This document shows, piece by piece, positions 1 to 9,000 of a stretch of DNA of 64,000 bases. The notes beneath the pieces are model-generated. The model saw only the letters and a program-made list of their open reading frames with translations. It did no database searches and was not told the origin of the DNA. Numbering within the stretch: the first letter of the stretch is position 1; every line of letters begins with the position of its first letter. The position numbers and the translations under genes are program-made. Source of the stretch: a virus (taxonomy: Duplodnaviria; Caudoviricetes); IMG/VR virus record IMGVR_UViG_3300031760_000001, positions 128,001 through 192,000 of that record, one strand, 5' to 3'.

Positions 1-1
1 C

Positions 2-2182
2 TTCTATGTCAATCATGATTTGATTTCCGTTCTTATCAATAGCTTGAATTTGTTTACCGTTAACGGACTCATCCATTCCTGGTTTAGGTGGAACTGATTT
101 ATATTTACTGGCTTTTGCAACCCACTCTTTTGTATAAGGGGTCTGTACCTTTGACATTTTCATACCAGTAAATGTAGTTGTCATATTCCCTGGTGTTATC
201 CTGTGTTCAACCTTTATAATCATATAAGTACCCCTGAACATCGGAACATTCATTAACTGGAAATACATAAGAGGTTGGATTTGGGCATCACCCATCATTT
301 CAATAGTAACTAAATAAGAATAGGCTTGATACACTGAATATATATCCTGACCATAGAATGTTATGTTATGTCTTTCACTGTTACCTTTATTTGCTATATA
401 TGCCTCAGCCCGAACAACTTGTTCTGTGACACTGAAGTTATCCATAGTGATTTGTATGTTCTTCCAAAGTGAATTGTTCTGTCTTGAATAAGCAACGCCA
501 AATGCTGGGACTTTATACCCCATTCTAGCATTTGATGTCAATCGAACCATGTCATATTCGTTATCGTTATATTTAAAAATCGATGGAGCGGCTCCAATAC
601 CTTCTTCAAATGACCATATATCAAAAGAATCATGGATAAAATTGGTTCGGTCAACTGTATCAAGTTTATTAGCCCCATGTGTATAAACAACTGTGAATTT
701 ATTTGCATCTTCTGCATCACATACTTGATTTTGTGGTAACGGTGTGAAAATGTCTTTCATATTTTGCACCATATTTATCTCTTTATTTACACCACGCCTA
801 TCTATTTCAGCAAAATTCACATTATCTGGGAAATTGAAAAGCATACACATATGTTTAGCAGCCACACCGCCTAAATAAGATATTGTGGACCTACCTAAAT
901 ATGTCTGAACATTGTCTTGGTTATTATAAAAATCATATAAAACTTTACAGTTCAATTTCAAAACATCATAAATGTTATTATAAAAACTGTCAATAAAAAC
1001 AAAATTATTATCAAAAAAGTTCTCAACATTGAACATATTCAAACTATTACCAGCCTTGCTGTTGTAATAATTGCAAAGCCATCTATCCCATATATTTTTT
1101 AATGTGTGGTATATCTCACACTTAAAATCCCTGACATCTTTATCCTCTACATCAACCTTTTCATCAATAGCTTGTTGTTCAACAATTATTTTACCACATG
1201 CTGTCAGCATTTCATTAAATCCTTGAAAATAATTTTTCAAAGTATTTTTCTTAATGCCGTTAGGATTTGAATCCATACTCGGTATTGTCACCAGTAAATA
1301 CTCATTGTCATAAATTAGTTTGTATATATTACTTATCATATTTTCATCTGTAAAATATGTAAATAATAAATCGAAAGCAATGTAACCAAACTTATAATTA
1401 TTTCTAAAATTAGATAATGTAAATTTTTGAGTACCGAATTGCATGCCACCCATCAATGCATTGGTAACATCCCCAATTGTAGTAATTCTTTCTAAATCTT
1501 TAAGACTAGTGAGTTCATTGATTATTGTTTTTATATCTGTACCAGTCAAATCGGTTTCTCTATTATTAACTATTTTCTTTAATTCACAACATCTTTTAAC
1601 TTCCTGAAAACCGTTATTAACAAATTCCTCAAATAGTTCTAATAATTTATTTTCTATTACACTGTCATTATTAACTTTTAAAAAGTTATCAAGTTTGTTA
1701 TAATCTGTATCTACTCCACCAATACCAGATGTGATAAAAAATGAGTAAGTATCTTTATCGTTTTCACATAATAACACACAATCATTTTCTGGATATAAAT
1801 AACACAAATCATTACCTTCTTTATAAAGTATCGGGTCTTTGTGATTTTTTTCGATGTATTTTTTTCGCCACAATATTCCACCTAAAAACAATAAATAACC
1901 ATACGGAATGGTTTCAATACCACCAATTGGATTTTTTCTATTAAAGCAGGTAAATTCATCTTTAATATTATAAGTAAAAGGTAATGTATGTAAAAACAAC
2001 AGACATTTACATTTATCTCTTCTACCATCCTCTTGCTCTGTTTCTGGTATTTGATTCTGTATGTAATATATTGAATGTGAGAATAAATTAACCGATTTAT
2101 ATACTGTGCTTGTACCATTATAACTTGCAAGGACAGGGCAATCGTGTACATATAATATTTCATTTGAATTATTATCTGCCAT
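2..2182 (-). CDS. Baseplate hub-like protein (gp27/Mu gp44-type C-terminal region), 3' end runs off the window; missing from the ORF track
   Basis: ATG at 2182 overlaps the TAA of the upstream ORF (TAATG). I translated both ends by hand: MADNNSNEILYVHDCPVL... and ...YSYLVTIEMMGDAQIQPLMYFQLMNVPMFRGTYMIIKVEHRITPGNMTTTFTG, which resembles the C-terminus of contractile-tail hub proteins. The middle was not read codon by codon. Confidence 0.7.
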   Translation of the reverse strand, partial: MADNNSNEILYVHDCPVLASYNGTSTVYKSVNLFSHSIYYIQNQIPETEQEDGRRDKCKCLLFLHTLPFTYNIKDEFTCFNRKNPIGGIETIPYGYLLFLGGILWRKKYIEKNHKDPILYKEGNDLCYLYPENDCVLLCENDKDTYSFFITSGIGGVDTDYNKLDNFLKVNNDSVIENKLLELFEEFVNNGFQEVKRCCELKKIVNNRETDLTGTDIKTIINELTSLKDLERITTIGDVTNALMGGMQFGTQKFTLSNFRNNYKFGYIAFDLLFTYFTDENMISNIYKLIYDNEYLLVTIPSMDSNPNGIKKNTLKNYFQGFNEMLTACGKIIVEQQAIDEKVDVEDKDVRDFKCEIYHTLKNIWDRWLCNYYNSKAGNSLNMFNVENFFDNNFVFIDSFYNNIYDVLKLNCKVLYDFYNNQDNVQTYLGRSTISYLGGVAAKHMCMLFNFPDNVNFAEIDRRGVNKEINMVQNMKDIFTPLPQNQVCDAEDANKFTVVYTHGANKLDTVDRTNFIHDSFDIWSFEEGIGAAPSIFKYNDNEYDMVRLTSNARMGYKVPAFGVAYSRQNNSLWKNIQITMDNFSVTEQVVRAEAYIANKGNSERHNITFYGQDIYSVYQAYSYLVTIEMMGDAQIQPLMYFQLMNVPMFRGTYMIIKVEHRITPGNMTTTFTGMKMSKVQTPYTKEWVAKASKYKSVPPKPGMDESVNGKQIQAIDKNGNQIMIDIE

Positions 2183-5064
2183 TAGTGTAGGTATTTTTGA
2201 ATATTATTTAATTTATTTATATCTGACAAAGACACATCATTAATTTTATTAATATCAATTTGGTATGTGCGTATTGTTTTATTATAATCACTGTATTTTA
2301 TAAAACTTGCCCAAGCAGTCTCATGATATATTTCATATCTGGCTTTATCAACTAATACACAATTTTTTAAAATGTTAACATATTCTTTTGATAATTTTTT
2401 ACCAATCTTTACATTTCCTTTAGTAAAATCATTATACAAATTTTGTATTATATTAACCATATTTGTGTCAAATAAACCAAATTGGTTTGTTTTATTGTAT
2501 TTGGAAACTTTGGTATTTGTTGAACCATTAACTATGAACGTGTTTGCGCTTTCTGGATACCTTGGCGTTATATTTTCATTTTCGTCAATATTATATTCAG
2601 CTTGTATTGGATTCGAATTTTGTATTGAACGTACTGAAGACACAGGAATAAATTCCAAATCAGATAACTTGGTTGTTATATAATTATATTTCAAATAATC
2701 TTTATCTTTAATAGGGATAAATATAGGGTGTCTTCCGTTATATCTATGAGTAAACTCATATTCGTATTGTGTTTGATTACTCAAAAACGCATCTTCACCA
2801 ACAGTTGAATTATATAAATATGCCCCTAAATCAGGGATAGTGTTTAATTTTGATACAATCCCATTACCACTAGCCTCATTTTTAGCAAAAATATAAGCAT
2901 TATATTCTCCCCATTTTTTTGCGTTTTCTGGATTTATGTCACTATCTTGTAAAATATGTAACGTAATCTCAGCTTGAAGAGCGATAAATAACAAAGCGCC
3001 ATCCACAGTATCATATGCGTATCCTGGTATATCATAAATAAATGTAAATGGATTAAAATCTTTATTATTGTAACTACCTGTTTGTGTATTAAACGTACCT
3101 AAAGTATCACCATTACCACTCCCATCATTAATAGCAGCTTTATATATTTCATCAACCATTCTTTTCTCAACCCAATGACCCCTGAAATCACCTATCCATA
3201 CATCTTTAACAATATCATTTGAATGTTGTGGGTCATTACCGTTAAGGTCGTTGTCAGCTTCAGCCGTTGTGTTATATCCCTTGTACACAGCAGGAAATGG
3301 TGGAACACCTTTAGAAAACGTATCTGAAGGTGCGTCTGTTGATAAATCTAAGCTTTTTATACCTAATAATTCTGGTTTTCGCCTACCAGCATCAATATCT
3401 TTATAGATTTGCTGTACTGATTCGTTAAAAAACGCAACAAATGTTTCCAAATGACACATCACCATTTTATAGAATCTTCCGATATACGGAAGTACCTGTA
3501 TTTTTTGCATCATCCAGTCTTGACTATTGGATTCTAGGTTATACAATAGATTTGTATATTCATTATTCAATTGTAAAATTTTATTATTAAGTTCAGCTTC
3601 ACCTCCACCAAAAGTAATTACATTTGCAAATGTATAAAATTTATTTTTTAGTGTAAACCATAATCTTTTACTTAATTCTGTATATAATTTTGAAGCAACA
3701 CTTTCCGTTATTGTATACGTTTCATTATTGTAAAATTTATTTAATTGGGCTCCAACCGCTGATAAATTACTATCTAACAATTTATCCTTTTGGGTATTAG
3801 ATTCTGTTGAAACTAATATTTCTGTATCATTATTCACAAAATTTGTAAACAATACATCACCACTAACCCAATCAGTATCGTTACTTGTTACAAAATTGGG
3901 TATAATATCTGATGAAATACCACCACTATCAGATGAATATGATGCATTATAAGTTTCAACAAGTTTTTTAATTTCATTACGTTGATTACATATATCCTGT
4001 GTAACACGGTATCTGTTACTATTGTTAAATATTATAAAAACACTTTCACTGTCACTATCTGTGCAATCAATAGTATATACACTTTCAAAAGTGTTTTTAA
4101 GGTTATTCTGAAACTCCAATAAACTGGTTTTTATTTCATTTAGTAAGTTTATCTGTTGTTGAATACCTGTTAATACTGTTGCCTTTGTATTGTTACCCTC
4201 TAATAAATCAGTATTACCATCGGTCTTTGCCATTTCACTTTTAATAGCTTCAAAAAATTCATATAATGGTCTGGGTTTTGCTCCATTATTATCCAACGCC
4301 CATTTCTCAGAATTAACATGTTCATTCCAATATTTTCCACCAAAAACTGTTTTTGGCGCATAAACCAACAAACTAAATGGAATATCACCAAGAAGTCCAT
4401 ATTCATAACCAATAAATTGAACTGTTATTTCAAAATTACCTGTCTGGGAATTGAAATTACCGTTAAAACTGCTACAAGTTAATTGAAAAGTAACTGGTTT
4501 ACCATAGAAACCTTTCACTTGTAATTTAAACTTTGGATAAGGAAATGATACAAAACAAGCATAAAAATTGTCTATAATTTTGTTTTCCTTGTCTCTGGAC
4601 AGATTTTTCAATTGTCCGTATTCATCATGTGTTGCCTCTTCCCTGCCAAAAAAACCGCCACCACGTATATCAATGAATTTTATCGTAACCTGTGGTGACT
4701 GATAGTTTACAAAATTAATATCTATATTTTCAATTTGCAACCCCTCGATTATTGTACGGTCTTTTATCTCACTATAATCAATATTAGTATAATCAGTTGT
4801 TAAAAAATTATAATCACCAATTTCCTTTCCACTAAAAAACGAATGATTACCGTCTGCACTAGTTAAATTCCATGATATATAAAAATTGTTATTATTACCA
4901 CTTTGCTGATATGTGTCTTTATTAGCACGAGTACTTCCCTCAACAATCAAATTACACCATATAGTGAAATCAGTATAATCTGGTGTTAAAGGTACACCGT
5001 TTATATTACCCCTTACATCATTGGGGTCAACATAACATATTCTATTGCCTTTACCGTATTCCAT
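2182..5064 (-). CDS. Large baseplate/tail protein (probable N-terminal part of the hub)
   Basis: 960-aa ORF with a beta-rich N-terminus (LQIENIDINF..QSPQVTIKFIDIRG...YPKFKLQVKGFYGKPVTFQL...GNFEITVQFIGY); lies within the baseplate cluster. Confidence 0.6.
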   Translation of the reverse strand: MEYGKGNRICYVDPNDVRGNINGVPLTPDYTDFTIWCNLIVEGSTRANKDTYQQSGNNNNFYISWNLTSADGNHSFFSGKEIGDYNFLTTDYTNIDYSEIKDRTIIEGLQIENIDINFVNYQSPQVTIKFIDIRGGGFFGREEATHDEYGQLKNLSRDKENKIIDNFYACFVSFPYPKFKLQVKGFYGKPVTFQLTCSSFNGNFNSQTGNFEITVQFIGYEYGLLGDIPFSLLVYAPKTVFGGKYWNEHVNSEKWALDNNGAKPRPLYEFFEAIKSEMAKTDGNTDLLEGNNTKATVLTGIQQQINLLNEIKTSLLEFQNNLKNTFESVYTIDCTDSDSESVFIIFNNSNRYRVTQDICNQRNEIKKLVETYNASYSSDSGGISSDIIPNFVTSNDTDWVSGDVLFTNFVNNDTEILVSTESNTQKDKLLDSNLSAVGAQLNKFYNNETYTITESVASKLYTELSKRLWFTLKNKFYTFANVITFGGGEAELNNKILQLNNEYTNLLYNLESNSQDWMMQKIQVLPYIGRFYKMVMCHLETFVAFFNESVQQIYKDIDAGRRKPELLGIKSLDLSTDAPSDTFSKGVPPFPAVYKGYNTTAEADNDLNGNDPQHSNDIVKDVWIGDFRGHWVEKRMVDEIYKAAINDGSGNGDTLGTFNTQTGSYNNKDFNPFTFIYDIPGYAYDTVDGALLFIALQAEITLHILQDSDINPENAKKWGEYNAYIFAKNEASGNGIVSKLNTIPDLGAYLYNSTVGEDAFLSNQTQYEYEFTHRYNGRHPIFIPIKDKDYLKYNYITTKLSDLEFIPVSSVRSIQNSNPIQAEYNIDENENITPRYPESANTFIVNGSTNTKVSKYNKTNQFGLFDTNMVNIIQNLYNDFTKGNVKIGKKLSKEYVNILKNCVLVDKARYEIYHETAWASFIKYSDYNKTIRTYQIDINKINDVSLSDINKLNNIQKYLH

Positions 5065-5066
5065 GA

Positions 5067-5390
5067 TTAATCTGTATGTTCATTTAACCAAATATTAAGT
5101 GAGCTTTCATATCTCGAAATTGCTGAATCCAACGGATAAGGTATTCTCAATTCAATACCGCTTGGTATTGAGAATTCAAAACCGCTGTATTCTGGGTTTG
5201 CTTGCAATATTAACCAAGCATAATTTGGGTCACCATAATATTTGTATGACAACATATCCATCCTCATCCTGGATTTATCATATGTTACATATATATCACT
5301 GGCAACATTTGGTATCTTGGCAAACGGCACTCTTGCAAATACCTGACCATCTTTAATTAATTTACTGTAACGATTATAATATTCTGCCAT
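5067..5390 (-). CDS. Baseplate wedge protein, LysM-like (T4 gp53 / P2 gpX-like)
   Basis: RMDMLSYKYYGDPNYAWLILQANP...IPSGIELRIP motif; 107 aa. Confidence 0.8.
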   Translation of the reverse strand: MAEYYNRYSKLIKDGQVFARVPFAKIPNVASDIYVTYDKSRMRMDMLSYKYYGDPNYAWLILQANPEYSGFEFSIPSGIELRIPYPLDSAISRYESSLNIWLNEHTD

Positions 5391-5436
5391 AATACTTATT
5401 ATTATATATAATATAATTATTTATACAATAAAAAAC

Positions 5437-5460
5437 AAGGGGGTTATTCATCACCCCCTT
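5437..5460 (-). terminator. Intrinsic terminator after the PRTase gene
   Basis: AAGGGGGT...ACCCCCTT stem overlapping the stop codon, followed by a T-tract on the minus strand. Confidence 0.55.
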
Positions 5461-6080
5461 TTTTCATTTTCTTTATATAAACGCCGTCTTTTCGGATATA
5501 TACTCCTGATGACATCATATGAATTGTTCTTCGGGTTCTCAACTGCCCCTAACGTAAGCAACCAGGCATCAACTCCATAAACTTGTTTAATTACATCTTT
5601 CGCTTGTTCATATGTTGCTCCACTGTCAATAACATTGTCAATTAAAATGACATTCCTTGCTGACTGTAGCATATTTTTTACATTATCATCATTAACAACT
5701 TGAAATTCAAGGTTGATTTTAGACACATCAACACCCATTTTCTTCTGTTTGTACAACATTTCCCTTGGTTTACTGGACAATATATCCAAAACTTTTGATT
5801 TCGTCCGTTTGGCTATGAAATTTGCTAATTTAAGTGTGTATGTCGCATACCCGTTATGTGACGGTATTGGTATCAGAACTGAATTCACTGGTACGTATTT
5901 CATCATTATCAATGAAGCCTGGTCAATTGCGTCAATGTCACCATCCTTGACACCATGTGCCAAAGCTCTTACTGAACCATAGCTAGCGCCAAGACAAGCA
6001 CTTGTCTCATTCAACACCGATTTGACAATTTCGGTTATCAATTGGTGTAACCTAGATTCGGAAATTAACATTTTTTTCAT
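5451..6080 (-). CDS. Type I phosphoribosyltransferase (ComF-like) with N-terminal targeting-like peptide
   Basis: VLIPIPSH and the PRPP-binding loop VILIDNVIDSGAT; N-terminus MKKMLISESRLHQLITEIVKSVLNE. Confidence 0.75.
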   Translation of the reverse strand: MKKMLISESRLHQLITEIVKSVLNETSACLGASYGSVRALAHGVKDGDIDAIDQASLIMMKYVPVNSVLIPIPSHNGYATYTLKLANFIAKRTKSKVLDILSSKPREMLYKQKKMGVDVSKINLEFQVVNDDNVKNMLQSARNVILIDNVIDSGATYEQAKDVIKQVYGVDAWLLTLGAVENPKNNSYDVIRSIYPKRRRLYKENEKRG

Positions 6081-9000
6081 TATTTAATAACATCAGAATA
6101 TTTTGGTTTTAGAATGTCAGGTGTTGTGTCATAATTCTTAGCTAAATAAGCGTATGACTTCTTAGTATCAACATCGTCATTACCAGCTCCACCCATTGTT
6201 GCCCAATTGGTTGGTTGATATTCAACTCTGTCAGCCCTGTTATCATAAAATGATGTATTAGCATAATAGTTGAATGACATAGCATTCTGTAATCTCTGGA
6301 CAGGACCAGTGATGTCACCCCCACCGATAAACTTAAATGAAATATTAACTTTACATAACATCGGTTGTACCCCATTACCCTCTGGATTCAAATCCCATTG
6401 TAATCCCTCTGAAACATTATAATCAAATGTAATATTGTCAATTACAATCATTTGATAATAAAAGTCACCAAGTCTCAATACACAATATGGTGGTCTACCG
6501 AATGCCAAGTTGTTAGCTGTCCTACCATTTAAATCTGACATGGTTTTAGTATTACCCTGTCTTGTACACTGTTGCAAGAAAGTACATCTAGCGTTGAAAC
6601 CCTCTGGTGTCATTGAATGAAAAGCTGGATTGAAATATTTCAATTTTTTCTGAAGTTTCTCGAACATAAGAGGATGGTCTATTTCATATTGTTTGTAAAA
6701 ATAATATTCCTGGTCATACCTTATCTTGTTTAGTTCACTACTTCTAGGCATTACACCATTATTACCATTAATAAGATAACACCCTTGAATTAACATACCG
6801 TCACCCCTATCAACCCAAAGTTCGTCAGAACAATCTTTAAATGGAGAATATCTGTCTTTATTCAAAACCATATTTTCATCATTCGGGGCATCACAGACAT
6901 CCCTTTCTCCCGATTTATCTTTAACTCTTGTTATACAATCCAACAATCTGTATAAAATTACATAAGTTCTAAGTTTTGTTATATTTTCAAGTGTTGTCTT
7001 TTTCTGTTCTAACATAGTAATCATGTAGTTATTTTCATCTGAAGAAAATTTTATAGGGGGTGCTGGTGTTGGATTATTAGGGTCACTTTCTGGTTCCAAC
7101 CGACTACTTGTTACAGCCAAACTCATTCCATCCTCCACTTGTTCAGCGAGATTATTAGTTTTTCCATATTTCCAGATACAGGAAAATTCATCCCCCCTAT
7201 TATCAGAATTGTTATCGATAATAAATTCCTTATATTTGTCTTTGTCATCATCAGTATCTTTTATTCCAAGTATACTCTTTAAAGTTTCATTAACACTTTT
7301 ACATAATAAAGCCGCAACTTTCTTAACAATAGCCATCAATTCCCAATTAAATGTATATTGGTAAGTTTCAGCATCTGGTATTACCTCCCAATCGTCAAGC
7401 GAAAACTCTATTTCTGGATTATATGGATAATCTTCTTTTAATTTATAATATAAATTAAAATTTTCACCTTCAAATACATTCATACAAATATCATCCTTTT
7501 TATATGGATATAAACCGTCATATTTTCCTGTTGGGTTTGTTTTACTACATACAATACCATCTAGAGCATCAACTAAATTATTACTCCATATATACATATC
7601 AACCCATCGAGGGGTACGTTGTTTACGATAATAACTGTTTCTAATTTTTTCAGCTTCAGGACTCGTATCACTAGTATTATAATATTCACCACTACATACA
7701 GAAACATTTTCATTAAATTCATCATACCATAAATCTGTAATATCATCAACCTTTTCCCACTCGGATTCTACCCATTTACCTCGTGTTGTTGCTGTGCTTG
7801 AAATACATTTATATACATCATCATCTTTTGTTACATAATCATTTTTCATATATTGCTTTAAAATCTTCCAATTTTCGATTATAGTAAAACAGTTTCCACC
7901 TGAAGGACTTTTTACTAATTCAGGATTTTGAAAACCTACACATAATTTAAATTCAGTATAATATTTATCATCAACTAGATGTTCACTATAATAAATGTAG
8001 CCAACATCAATATGACCATCTGAACTTGAAATAGCATCCCATGATTCATCAATATAAAGGTATGGAAGTGGTTTTAAATTTTCAACAATATTGTCACGTG
8101 TTATTAAATCCCATTTAGTTTCATCGAAATCATGATATCTAATATATTTTTCCTCAAAATTAGTTAAACAGGTATAATAAACCTCATTGTCATTATCATC
8201 CTTTTTCATTACAATATCACCTACATTATAATATTGTCTCAAATCTGTTATATTCAAAAATTTATCATAATCCCATTCACCACGGTATACAGTATCATCC
8301 TTTAAAACATACAAACCATTATCTTTCCAATAAGCAGCTTCTTTACTATAACTAAATATACCATCATATACATATTGAACTGGTCTTACGTCATTTGAAT
8401 AATCAAGACCTTCTATGTAAAAGCCAAATCCAACACATTCAGGCGTTGTGGTTTTAGATATATTAACATTATCATAATCGCCACGGTATTTTGGACTGGT
8501 TTTAATGAATGACTGTTTTTCTGGTTCAAACAATCGGTCTTTGAATATATTCAACAATGTGGTGTCAGTTATCGGGGTATCTGTTTTGGTACCATCATCA
8601 TAATTGTTATTTGTTTTAGCCTCTTGTGTAAAATATTCAATTATCTTGTCTTTTGAATAAATATGCCACATAGTACCATCTGGCTGTAATACACTATCCA
8701 TCCAAGTAAAACCTTTATATACTGGATGACCGTTTTCTGATTCAATTTCCTCAATGGTTGTTGTTGTTTTTTCAACCGTTTCAGATGTACTGAATTCCAT
8801 TGTACACTCAGCACGTCTATTAATTTTAGCCTCTCTTGAACTAACACTTCCTTTATCAGCCTTATTTTTAAATTGTATAACCTGTGCTGAAGTATCTGCA
8901 ACATCACTTGGGTCGATTTTAATATCATTCCATTGTGTATAACTTTTAAGCCAACTAATTATTGTGGTTGCTCTATCTTTAACCAATTGTTCATTACTTT

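Noticed and set aside
538-2163. Short ORFs 538-720, 1741-1944 and 1882-2163
   Set aside because: They are alternative frames overlapping the long minus-strand CDS starting at 2182.
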